NCBI GenBank assembly: GCA_963843575.1
Contig: CAWJKZ010000027.1
Coordinates: 1 to 64,000, forward strand
Origin: an uncultured Acidobacteriota bacterium
GTDB taxonomy: Bacteria > Acidobacteriota > UBA6911
Direction of reading: 5' to 3'
DNA length: 64,000 bases
Part shown: positions 22,232 to 33,269 of the stretch, in pieces
Position numbering within the stretch: position 1 is the stretch's first letter
Layout: the number at the start of each line of letters is the position of its first letter
Notes under the pieces: generated by a model
Told to the model about the DNA's origin: nothing
What the model saw: only the letters and a program-made list of their open reading frames with translations
Database searches by the model: none
Translations under genes and position numbers: made by a program

Positions 22232-22457
22232 GAGGCTGTCCAACGGTTGATTGTGAAGTGCGGCGGCTCGACGCCGCTTTGGTGGCGGCGCCTCGGCGCC
22301 ACCAAAGGCCGAGGTCGCAGGGTCGCATCTCGCAATTCGGCCTGGCGCCGAGGCGCCGAGCATTCCTGCCGTAGGACGAGTGAAAGCGGCGCCGAGGCGC
22401 CGCAACTCCAGATTACTTCAGTTCGTCCGGATTGAACGTCAACCGTTGGACAGCCTC
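22232..22457. mobile_element. MITE with 19-bp terminal inverted repeats and 4-bp TSD (TGAA), inserted in a REP palindrome
   Basis: GAGGCTGTCCAACGGTTGA (22232-22250) / TCAACCGTTGGACAGCCTC (22439-22457); TGAA at 22228-22231 and 22458-22461. Confidence 0.88.
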
Positions 22458-22482
22458 TGAAGCCCGGACGCACTCGTTCTTG

Positions 22483-23863
22483 TCACCGGCCCCAGCGGTT
22501 GAGCCAGAGCATGACCCGTCCCCCTTTGGTGAATGGGGAATAGACGTTCATCCGCGCCGACACGAAATCCGGTTTCCCGTCGTTGTTCATATCCGAGGTC
22601 TCGACGCTGATGAGGTGCGTCGGCGCGTGGGCGATGTCGCGCTGCATGAAGTTCATGTTCCCGTCGTTCTCAAACCAGACGATGCTTTGCGACTCCGGCT
22701 TCTCCCAGAAGTTGTAGCAGGTCACGGCCACGACGTCGATGTCGCGGTCGCCGTCGACGTCGGCACCGACGGCGCCGCTCGCCCCTTCGAGCTTTCCGAT
22801 CGGGTGGTGCTGAAACCGAAAGTTCCCGGTGTTCTCGAGCCACTGGACGCTGTGCCAGGGGCGCGGCCGCGGCGGCAGGTAGTCGAACGCATCCCCGTTG
22901 GTGTACAGGATGTCGAGCCGGCCGTCCCGGTTCATGTCGGTCAGCCGTATGCCGGAGCTGCCGTAGTCCTCGTTGGTGCTGCCCCAGAGCAGGTGCGATT
23001 TGAAATGGCCCCGGCCGTCGTTCTCGAACAGGTAGATCTCTTCCCACTCCTGGCTTACGAGGCTGATCACGTCGGAGTCCCCGTCTCCGTCGATGTCGGC
23101 AGGGATGGTGTGGATGGGGCCGGACAGGCTCTGGAGTATGTGGGAACGGAACTGCCAGCCCCCCAGGTTTTCCAGCCAGCGGGTCTCGCCGTCGTCGTAC
23201 CCGAACTGGCCCACGATGAGGTCGACGTCCCCGTCGCCGTCGAAATCCGCCCCGCGCGCGTCCGTAACCCTGGCGATGCGCTCGACCAGGTCGTGAGGCG
23301 TAAAACCCTGCTTACCGTCGTTCTCCAGCACGGCCACCGACCCGATCTTGTCGTTGCTGGGAAAGAGTTGTCCCATACATGCGACCACGAGGTCAGTGTC
23401 CCCGTCCCGGTCGAGGTCAACCGGGTCTACCCGGGCAGGCGCCGGCAACACGGGACTGACCCACGTCTCCCGGTAGGCACCCGCCGGCGACTGGCGTATC
23501 CAGCCGACGCGGTTGGCCAGCATGTCGCAGACCAGCACGTCCTGAAGGCCGTCCCGGTCGAGGTCCGCGAGCGTCACGCTGCCGACGCGGGGAGAATCCG
23601 CCGTAGGGAAGCCTATGGGCGCGGCCGACAGGAAGTCGATCTTCGGGCGGCTTGTCGGCGCGGGCGGGACGGTCGAGGACTCCTCCTCGCGCGCGCCCTT
23701 GAGAATGTGGGTGATCATCTGGCTGATGGGAAGCCCGGTGTGGTGCGCCTGGTAGACGAGCACCAGCAGGGGCACCGCGACCAGGACGGCGGACATCAGC
23801 ACTGCGGGGAGAACGCCGGCCCTCCTTTTTCCCGGGCGTCTTCGGTCTCCGATCCTTGTTCAT
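22483..23863 (-). CDS. FG-GAP/VCBS repeat beta-propeller protein with N-terminal TM anchor (start uncertain, probable frameshift ~23810)
   Basis: Seven DxD/NxD-type loops (DLDRDG x2, DFDGDG, DIDGDG, DMNRDG, DVDGDR, DMNNDG). Confidence 0.82.
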
Positions 23864-23875
23864 CCTCGGCCCCGT

Positions 23876-25813
23876 TCAGCCGGCAAAAAACCAGATCATC
23901 CCCGCGCCGGCCGACCACAGCAGACAGGCCAGCGGCAACGCGCCCACGAGCGATCGGCGCCGATCGGAAAGGGCGTCCTGCCAGCAAAGCATCAGCGTCC
24001 TCGCCGAATATACCAGCCCGACGATCACGCACGCCACCTGGAGCCAGGGCAGCCCGGCCGCGCACCAGATGTGCCAGCGGCTCCCAGCCATGCCCAGCAG
24101 GTTCCAGCCCCAGTTGAACGGGTCGGACAGGCTCTGCAGCACGAATGTCGCCATCGACGAAAGCATCGAGAACGCGAACGCCATCCAGCAGGAAAGCCCT
24201 ATGGGCATAAATGAGGCCGAGGACGTGCGGAAGAGTTCGCCCGACGGGACCGGGGACTGGCTCGCCCAGGCGCCGATCTTCGTCAGCAGGAACAACACGA
24301 GCGGGAGGACGCCCAGGCACAGGACCCACATGCCGGCCGCATACAGGCCAAAACTGCGCCAGTTCATCCTGTCGACGATGTCCAGCCCGTCCCGGACCCG
24401 GTCCCATGTGCCGAGGTTGACGACGCAATAGATGACGGACAGCCCGAACATAACGATCGCCTGCCATGCCTCAGCGTAGACGGGCACCTGCCGGTCCCAC
24501 CCGGAGCTGCGCCAGAACAACGCGACATTGTCGTAGGCGCAGGTCTTGAAGCACTCGGTGCACATGCCGCAGTCGTTGTTGCGACGCACTTCGCCGACGC
24601 AAAGTCCATAGGGGCACGCCCAGCCCTTCGCACTCCCCGTGAGACAGAACCTCTCTTCACAATGCGCGCAGGTCTCCGAGGAAACCGAGCGGACGGCCAG
24701 TCGTCCAGCCATGGAGTACAGGCTGATGAAGCTGTTGATCGGGCACAAGAAGCGGCAGAAGAGACGCTGTTCGGGGAACAAGGAGAGTGCGACGGGGACG
24801 AGCGTCAGGCCTATCAGGAGCCAGCTCGTGGCGGGGGGGAGCGCGACAAGGGCGGTGCTGAACGTCCCGAGGAGCAGGAACAGGAGCACACTCGGCCAGC
24901 GGTTGCGCAGCGGCCGCGGCCATTCGGGCGCCTTGAACCCTGGGGATCGTCCCGCGGCGCCGGGCGGTACGTTGATCAGGCGGCGCCTCTGGAGCCACTC
25001 GCCGATGGACGGGAGCGGGCATACCAGGCACCAGATCCGCCCTCCGAGGGGCACCAGACACAATGATCAGGGCCGACAGCCAAAGGACCCATATCACCAT
25101 CGGGCCGGCATTGCGCCCGGCCACCTTGGTCCCGAACAGGCCCGCCAGAATCACGAAATAAAAAACGGCCAGCATCGGGATCATCAACCCGAACTGGAGC
25201 GACGGCCGCTTCAGCAACCGCCTGAGCGGCGGAAACTCCGAAAGCAGGTTGACCGGGTCCCGCCGCGGCGCTCGCTCGCCCCAGGACTGCAGGAGGACGA
25301 ACGGCAGACCGCACAGCAGCCCGAGAGCACCCCAGAGCAGGTAGTTGGGAGCCACCACGATGTCGCCGCGCTCGGTTCCGTGCAGCGGCCCGTTGTAGGT
25401 GTGGTTGCGGAACTGCGATTTGGACACGAAGGCCCCGCGCCAGCCGGGCAGCCCCGCGGGAAGCTCGACCACGCGCGTGCGCGTTGGAGGCTCGTCGGGA
25501 CGCGACAGCCTGTGAACATCGACCGCATCCCCGCCCGGGGTAATGACCACGTGCAGATCGTAGTCCTGCAGGTAGAAACTCTGGCCCGTGTCACGGGTCG
25601 AAAAGACAGGCGCAGCCGGTCCCCGCGGTTGACGTGGATGCGCGCCGGGCTGAAGCCGTAGCGAAAGGCCTCGATATGGATTTCGCGCGTCTGCGGCGCG
25701 GGCGTTCGGAGATCGGCGACCCACGCGGGGACGAATGTGCAGAGCGCGAGGACCGCCCAAATCCAGCGGTGCCGTGTACGCGCGCCCAAGCGACTGCGGT
25801 CCTTTTCTGCCAT
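23876..25813 (-). CDS. Polytopic 4Fe-4S-binding membrane protein (NapH/CcoG-like) with N-terminal cupredoxin-like domain; frameshifted
   Basis: RIWCLVCP, FCRFLCP, CAHC...C...CP, CGMCTECFKTC; N-terminal 'IEAFRYGFSPARIHVNRGDRLRL' cupredoxin pattern. Confidence 0.75.
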
Positions 25814-25970
25814 GAAATCGATCGTGCCTGATTCAGTAATCTGACACGTTATCAGAAAACCCAAAGCAAGCCACATGGCACTTCGAGTTTCTTCGAGGGA
25901 GCCTTCGAGGTGAGTTCCACAGCCGCCTCCAAGACTTCAAGAGCGCGAGGTTCTCGAAATGTGCGTGACT

Positions 25971-28900
25971 TCAGGGCTCGACTCGGGTCCCGGTCCGCGG
26001 CCCGAACCAGCCGTACAAGATCGGGAGGACCATCAGGGTCGATAGGGTCGACGTGGCCAGGCCCCCGATGACGACCACGGCCAGGGGCCGCTGCACTTCC
26101 GAGCCGAGCCCCGTGGCGAACATCAGTGGTATGAGGCTGAACACCGTGATGGAAGCCGTCATCAGGATCGGGCGGAACCTCAACACGGCACGCCTCCTCG
26201 ACCGCGGCGCGGGTGCCGCGCCCGTCGTGCTGCAGCTGCAGGATGCACGAAACCAGGACCAGCCCGTTCAGCACGGCCACCCCGAGGAGCGTGATGAAGC
26301 CTACCGAGGCCGGCACCGACAGGTACATCCGCGCGAGCCAAAGGGCGAAAACCCCGCCCATCAGGGCGAAGGGCAGGTTGAAGAACACGATCAGCGAAAC
26401 GCGCACCGACTTGAAGGTCATGAACAGGAGGCCCAGGACCAGCGCGACGACCAGCGGGGTGATCACCATCAGGCGGCGCATGGCGCGCTGCTGGTTTTCG
26501 AACTGCCCTCCCCAGGACACCGAGTAGCCGATCGGCAGCCTGACGCTCCGGTCGATCCGCCGCCGGGCTTCGGCCACGAACGAACCGATGTCCCGGCCGA
26601 CGACGTTCAGCTCGATGCCGATGCGCCTCATGCCGTCGTCGCGGCTGATCTGCACGGGGCCCTCCACCAGGGAGATGTCCGCCAGCTGGCTCAGGGGGAT
26701 GCCGATCCCGTCGGTCGTGCCGACGAGCGTGTTGGACAGCTTCTCCACGGAATTGCGCTGCTCCTCCGGGAAAACGCACGGTCAGGTCGAAGGCGCGGTT
26801 CCCTTCATACACCTGCGTCGCTGCCTTGCCCCCGACGGCGATCTCGATGATCGTAAGGACGTCGCGCACGTTCATGCCGTACCGGGCGATGCGGTTGCGG
26901 TCGACCCGCACGCTGATGTACGGCTGACCGGAGACCTTCTCCACGCCGAGGTCGGCGCATCCCGGCACCTGCGACACGACGTGGGCGATCTCGTCGATCT
27001 TCGCCCTCAGCGTGTCCAGTTCGTCGCCGAACAGCTTCAGGATCACCTGGGACCGCGTCCCCGCCACCAGTTCGTCGATCCGGCACTGGATCGGCTGGCT
27101 GAAGCTGAAGGTGAGCCCGGGAATGCCTGCGATCGAGGACCTCATCCTGTCGAACAGCTCGTCGCGGGTGCGGGCGCTCGTCCACTCCTCCCTCGGCTTG
27201 AGCACGCCCACAAAGCCCGTCTTGTCTACGCCGCGCGCCTCCAGCGGCAGGCCGGTGCGCCCGGTGCGCGACACGACGGTGGTCAGTTCCGGGAAGGCGG
27301 TGAGCCGCCGCTGCACCAGGCGCGCGACCGCGAGCGCATTGTCGAGCGACGTCCCGGGGATCAGCTGGAAATCCATGTCGAACGCCCCTTCGTCCATGAT
27401 CGGGATGAACTCCGTCCCAAGATGCGGCAGGAGGAGGGCGGCGGCCAGGATCAGCCCGAGAGAAACGCCGAGCACCACATGCGGCACGCGCAGCCCGACG
27501 TCGAGTGTCCGCAAATAGAGCCGCCTGGCGCCTTCCAGGGCCGGGTTGCGCTTTTCGTCCCCCGACTTCAGGAACAGGCCGCACAGGACGGGGACGACGA
27601 AGATGGAAAGAAAAAGCGAGGCGAAGAGCGCAATGGCGACGGTCAGGGCAAGGGGCGAGAACATCCTCCCTTCCATCCCTTCGAGCGTGATGATGGGCAG
27701 GAAGGTGAGGGCGATGATCAACTCGCCGAAAATGCTGGGCCGGCGGACCTCGGTGACGGCCTGCAGCACCGTCGCCATCTTGCGCGAGCGGTCCTGCAGC
27801 GCCCCGAGGCGGCGCTGGACGTTCTCGACCTGGATGATGGTCGCGTCGATGATCATCCCGATCGAGATCGCCAGGCCCCCCAGAGACATGAGGTTCGCGT
27901 TCAGCCCGCAGTAGCGCATGACGATGAAGGTGACCAGGATCGCCAGCGGAAGGGTAAGGACGACCACCATGGCACCTCGGAAATTCCGGATCAAGAGATA
28001 CAGGACCACGATGACGAGAACAATCCCCTCGGCGAGAGTGAAAAGGATGGTGCGGATGCTCTGCTTGACGATGTCGGAGCGGTCGTAAAACGGCTTCAGT
28101 TTCATGCCGGGGGGCAGCACGTTCCCGCCGTTGATCTGTCTCACGCGCTCCTCGACCCGTCGGACCACCTCGAGGCTGTTTTCGCCCCTCAGCATCATGA
28201 CGATGCCGCCCACGACCTCTTCCCGGCCGTTTTTCAGCGCAGCACCCTGGCGCGGGGCGAAACCGGAGGTGACATCCGCAACGTCGCCGACGGTGATCGG
28301 CACCGCGTGGTGCGTCTTGATGACAATCCGGCCGATATCGGGCAGCGCGCCGATCAGTCCGACGCCGCGGATGATGAACTGCTCCGAGGCCCGCTCGATG
28401 AAGCTCCCCCCGACATTCTCGTTGTTGTTCTTGATCGCGTCGAAGACGTCGTCGATGGAAAGCTTGTACTTGAGGATCTTGTCCGGGTCGACGACGGCCC
28501 GATACTCCTTCAGGTAGCCTCCGAAGGAGTTCACCTCGTTGACCCCCGGCTCTCCCTTCAGGATCGGCGCCACCACCCAGTCCTGAATCGTGCGCAGCTC
28601 GGTCAGATAGGCGATGCGGGCAGCGGGATCGGCGGGAGGGTTCCCCTCGAGCGTGTATTGGTAGATCTCCCCCATGGCGGTCGCAATCGGGCCCATCTCG
28701 GTCCGGACGCCCACCGGGAGCGTGTCCTGGGTCGCGGCGAGCCTCTCGTGCACGAGCTGTCGCGCGAAATAAATGTCCGTGTCGTCGCGAAAGACCAGGG
28801 TGATCACGGCCAGCCCGTACTTGGTCACCGAACGCATGGTGAGCAGGCCGGGCAGGCCGCGCATGTTGGTTTCGACGGGATAGGTCACGAACCGTTCGAT

Positions 28901-29080
28901 CTCCAGCGGGGAGAGCCCGGGAGCGCCGCACATCACTTCGACCTGGACGTTCGTCACATCCGGAAAGGCGTCGACGGCGGTCCGGGACACGCTGAGCGCC
29001 CCGACGCCGCTGATGACGGCGATAAGGAGGAAGACCAGGGTGCGGTTGTTGAGCGCCGCCCCCATCAGTTTTTCAATCAT
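25971..29080 (-). CDS. czcA: CusA/CzcA heavy-metal efflux RND permease, frameshifted
   Basis: DAFPDVTNVQV, ANLMSLGGLAISIGMIIDA, MDEG, GVAVLNG, RPILMTA, SEVQRPLA. Confidence 0.92.
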
Positions 29081-29096
29081 GACCGCATCCGCCTCG

Positions 29097-30306
29097 TCAG
29101 TGTTCCGGTTCTGGTTTGTCCAGTTCCGATTTGAGCGTGAATGCCCCGCGGGAGACGTAGGTCTGGCCGGGGGCCAGCCCCTCGACGATCTCGGTGAATG
29201 CGCCGTTGCTTCGGCCGCGCTCGACGGGCTGCAGCCTGAATCCGTCGCCTTCCTTGACGAACACGGAAGACTTTCCCTCGATCAGCAGGAGGGCGTCGTT
29301 CGGCACCAGGACGGGGACCTGGACGTCGTCGACGAAAATGCGCCCACTGACGAAAAGCCCGGGGCGGAACCGGCCGTCCCGGTTCGCGACAACGACCCGG
29401 GCGTGGATGGTGCGGTTCGTCTCGGTGGCGATCGGCTCGAGGAAGCTCACGCGGCCTTCGGCCTCGGGCATCGCGGCTCCGATGCTGACGATGGCGCGCT
29501 GCCCGACCCGGACAAACGGGAGGTCCTTCTGGTGCACGTCGAGGTTCACCCAGACCGAGCTCGAGATCGGCGATCACGAACGCAGGCGAATTCTCGTTGA
29601 GGACCTCCCCGAGGCTGATGTGCTTTTCGGTGACCGTGGCGTCAAACGGCGCTTCGATGTTGTAGAGCATCGCGGCGCGTTCCCGCACGTTCGGGAGGCG
29701 CGCGATGTAGTCCTCGGAAAAGCCGAGTGCGCGGAGCTTCTGTTCCGCGAGGCGCATGGCGATGCCCGCTTCCGCCAGGCTGTTCTTGGCCTGGAGATAG
29801 TCCTGCTCGGGCGAGATCCGCCTCGTCCAGAGGCGCTCCTCACGAGCGAAGTTGTTCTCGGCCAGCGCGACCCGCTCCCGGGCCGCGAGGAGGGTTGCGG
29901 TCGCGTCCGCCAGCTCGCGGCTCTCGAGCACCGCCATCACCTCGCCGCGGCGGACGACGTCGCCCAGGTTCTTGCGAACCTCCCGAACGACCCCCGATAC
30001 GCGCGGCACCACGTGGGCCACGCCGTCGGCGTTTACCGCGACTTCGCCCGGCAGCGTGATGTCGGCGCGGATCCGCCCGGAACCTGCGACCGCGGTCGCG
30101 ACGTCGAACTGGCGCAGCTGATCGCCGGTGAGCCGGACCATCGAATGCGGGCTGTTTCCGTGTTCTTCCCCAGCCTCGGCCGCCTCCGCGGCGTCGGCCG
30201 GCCGGTCCACGGTCCGGGTGTGTCTGGCGCCCCAGAGCACGAGGCCCGCCACGACCGCGGCGATCAGCGCGACCATTCCGGCCGCATAGACCCGTCTACC
30301 CTTCAT
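29097..30306 (-). CDS. czcB: CzcB-like RND periplasmic adaptor, frameshift ~29560
   Basis: GEVAVN, PRVSGVV, APFD, RPGLFV, GAFTLKSEL; between TolC-like and RND genes. Confidence 0.88.
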
Positions 30307-31586
30307 GGTTTCCCCTCCTGCGCCGAGTCGGCGGACGATGCGGGGCCGGCCGGGCCGGCGTCACAACGGGCGATACGTTCCATCTCTATCGCCGCATTCA
30401 TGCCCGACGCCACGGCCTCGATGTAACTCCTCTGCAGCTCGGCATAGGTGCGCTGGGCGTCGAGCACGTTCAGAAAATCGAACTTGCCGAACCGGTAGCC
30501 TTCTTCCACGGCGGCGAGGGCCTCCCTGGCCGCGGGGAGTGCGGTGCCGGTGAGCGCGCGGGCCTCGCCCAGCGCGGACTCGTGCTCGTGGCGCGCCTGC
30601 GCCAGCGCGGCGCGGAGCCCCCACTCGAGCGCGCTCTTCTCGGAGCGCGCCTTCTCGATCAACAGGCGCGCTTCGGCGACCGCGCCCTGCCGCTTGTCGA
30701 AAATCGGCAAGGGCAGCGATATCCCTGCCACCCACGCCGATTGCGACTCCTGGCTGAGCCGCCGAAAGCCGGCGCTGACGACCAGGTCGGGGGTCCTCTG
30801 GGCCTCCTCCCGCGCGAGGGCGGCGCGCCGCGCCTCGATCAGTGTCTCCGCAGCCTGTAGCTGCGGGTTGCCGCCCATGCAGGCAGGAGGCACGGAGCTT
30901 GCGCCCGCGGGTATTTCGAAACCGCCCTCGACCAGGCTGACGTCCGCCGCCGTCCCTCCCCACAGCAGGGCGAGCCGATCCTTCGCCGCCGCGAGCGCCG
31001 ACTGCTTCTTCTGTTCTTCCAGCTCGGCGGAGACGAGCGCCACTGTGGCGCGCGTCTGCTCGACGGGCGACACTTTCCCGGCAGCGACCCGCTCCACGAC
31101 GATCCCGTGCGACTCCCGCGCCAGCCGGCTGAGTTCCCTCTGGTTGGCCAGACGCTCCTGGCCCGCCAGCACCTCGGCAAACGCCCGGGTGGTCGCCGAG
31201 ACGAGCTCGGCCCGGGTCACGTCGAGCATCCGGCGAGCGACGGCGAGCTCGCCTTGTGCCGCAACCACCCGCAGCCGCCGCTTGCCCCCGAGCTCGAGCC
31301 TTTGGCTGATCTGCAGCGTGCTCTCCGCATAGCTGAACAGGCCGCCCGGCGCCAGGATGTCTTCGGCCCCGGCACCGAGTTCCGGGTTGGGGCGCACACC
31401 CGCCTGGAGAATACGGGCCGAGGCGGCTTCCATCTCCAGCTGCGACACGACCAGCTGCGGGTGCGCCTCGAGCACCCGTGCGATGGCCTGGGGAAGCCTG
31501 ATCGCGTCGGCCGGCGGCCCGCCCGCAGCCAGCGCGGAGGCACAAGCCAAACACAGGACTTGAGTACTTGCTGAAAGGAATTTCAT
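30303..31586 (-). CDS. czcC: CzcC-like outer-membrane TolC family protein
   Basis: RPNPEL, SQRLELGGKR, SLPLPIF, GYRFGKFDFLNVLDAQR; RBS GGAG. Confidence 0.9.
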   Translation of the reverse strand: MKFLSASTQVLCLACASALAAGGPPADAIRLPQAIARVLEAHPQLVVSQLEMEAASARILQAGVRPNPELGAGAEDILAPGGLFSYAESTLQISQRLELGGKRRLRVVAAQGELAVARRMLDVTRAELVSATTRAFAEVLAGQERLANQRELSRLARESHGIVVERVAAGKVSPVEQTRATVALVSAELEEQKKQSALAAAKDRLALLWGGTAADVSLVEGGFEIPAGASSVPPACMGGNPQLQAAETLIEARRAALAREEAQRTPDLVVSAGFRRLSQESQSAWVAGISLPLPIFDKRQGAVAEARLLIEKARSEKSALEWGLRAALAQARHEHESALGEARALTGTALPAAREALAAVEEGYRFGKFDFLNVLDAQRTYAELQRSYIEAVASGMNAAIEMERIARCDAGPAGPASSADSAQEGKP

Positions 31587-31652
31587 GACTACTCCGCGCA
31601 TTCACTCTCGGATCGAGAGACGGGACAACAGCTTGTCGGCAGGGGCGAGGAA

Positions 31653-32048
31653 CTAGATGCGCAGAGACGGGGGACAGACAGGTTCGGCGGTCGGGGGGCG
31701 CAGGTCGCGGCACTCACAGGGCGTGAGCGACCGAGCCGACTGCGTCCCGGTCACCTTTCGAAGGTCGGCCGTCTCGCCCGTCGGCTGGGGCGGGGACGGC
31801 AGGCCGCGCAGCAGGTTCCGGACCGCTTCGGGTGCGTCCAGCAAGAGGTCCATGCACGGGTCGAAGTCCGCACCAAGGTACAGCGGCGTGCTGGATGGAA
31901 CGCGGACCACGACATTGTGGCAGGGATCCTGCCCCAGCCTCTCAATGAGGCGACTGCCGTCGAGCGAGATGCACTCGACCAGGAAAGGCACCGCCAGCAG
32001 GGCATGGAGCAGGAATATACAGGCTGTGATGGCGCAGGCGTTTCTCAT
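31653..32048 (-). CDS. Small exported Cys/His protein preceding czcC (CzcI-like position)
   Basis: Signal-like N-terminus, C..DG..IE..CH..CxD, ends LRI; first gene of efflux cluster. Confidence 0.55.
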   Translation of the reverse strand: MRNACAITACIFLLHALLAVPFLVECISLDGSRLIERLGQDPCHNVVVRVPSSTPLYLGADFDPCMDLLLDAPEAVRNLLRGLPSPPQPTGETADLRKVTGTQSARSLTPCECRDLRPPTAEPVCPPSLRI

Positions 32049-32213
32049 ACAATTGGAACGGCTATCAGGTTACCACAACCAGCGCTGTCCTGTTCACCGT
32101 GTTTTTTGGGCAGAAAGAAAAGGCCGCGCTGCTCGCGCCCTGCACGATCACGGCAGGAAAGGTGCGGGCCGCCGGCCGTCGGGGACGCGGCAGCGATACC
32201 ATTGGGAAGGGAT

Positions 32214-32528
32214 ATGATTGCAGATCGGAAGGCGCTTGATATACTCGGTCTCGCGCGGCGCGCCGGGAAAGCGGTGTGCGGCGCCGACGCCGTGCGGGAC
32301 GCCATTCGCACGGGACGCGCCTGCGTCCTCGTGCTGGCTCGCGACGCCGCGCCCAACACCGCCGACAAGGCTCGTGCCAACGCCCGTGCCGGGAACCTCC
32401 CCGAACTGACGGTCGGATCCAAGTCCGAGCTGGGCCGCCGCTTCGGGCGCGACGAGGTCGCTGTCCTGTGCCTGCTCGACAAGTCCTTTCTTGCCGCCCT
32501 CGAGCGCGCCCTGAAAAATGGCGCCTGA
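32214..32528 (+). CDS. L7Ae/L30e family RNA-binding protein (YlxQ-like)
   Basis: LGLARRAGKAVCG, LARDAAPNT, SKSELG..G. Confidence 0.85.
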   Translation: MIADRKALDILGLARRAGKAVCGADAVRDAIRTGRACVLVLARDAAPNTADKARANARAGNLPELTVGSKSELGRRFGRDEVAVLCLLDKSFLAALERALKNGA

Positions 32529-32611
32529 CCCGTCACCGAGTGCGTCCGGGGTTCAAAGGCCTCCCGGAATCGGGGTGGCGCCGAGGCGCCGCACTCCAGA
32601 TCTTCAGACGA

Positions 32612-33135
32612 CTAGGGCGCGAGGCGGAACCCTGCCGTCAGACGGGCCGGGCCCCAGGCTATCGCGACTGTCCCCCCGGATGGGGCGTTGTTCAAGTCGA
32701 TGGTGAACGATTCCACGGGCGACGGTGCCGCCCCTTTGGTGAGCCGCACGCTCGCCACGTCCTTGGCTTTGTCGTGCGTCATCACCATCCCGGAGTTCGC
32801 GGAGTTGAAGACCAGTTCGTATGCGTCGGCGCGACCTTCAGCAGCCACAAGCCGTACGTCCCCTTCGGAAGCTTCGTGGCGCCAAACACCAGGTCCACGG
32901 GCGTGCTCAGGGTGGTCACGCTGTTGTTGCCCATGCGCCAGTACGACCCCGTCTCCTGCCAGGTCAACGGATCCCGGCCCTTGAGCTGAGGACGGCCGTA
33001 GTCGACGACGATATCGCCTTTCGGCGTGGTCAGCTGAGCCTTGCCGCGATCCCCTTGCGCCCCGGCCGGAACGATTACAAGCACCATTGCCACACCACAT
33101 ACCAGCAGACAACCGAGCATTCGAGTCAATCTCAT
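32612..33135 (-). CDS. DUF2911 family exported protein, frameshift ~32830
   Basis: Signal peptide; VDYGRPQLKGR, WRMGNN, GTYGLW, VESFTI, IAWG. Confidence 0.78.
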
Positions 33136-33269
33136 CCTGTACCCTCCTTTGTAGAGTCTAAATAATTATCGGGCTCCAACACATTTGTCCAGAACCATAG
33201 GCGCCGGTGAAACAATTTGGGACGGGAAGCATCGGTAGAGGTAAGAGCAGAACACTCGGGAGGTGCAGC

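Noticed and set aside
21453-22424. CRISPR array
   Set aside because: Only two long palindromic copies; no repeat-spacer periodicity and no cas genes.
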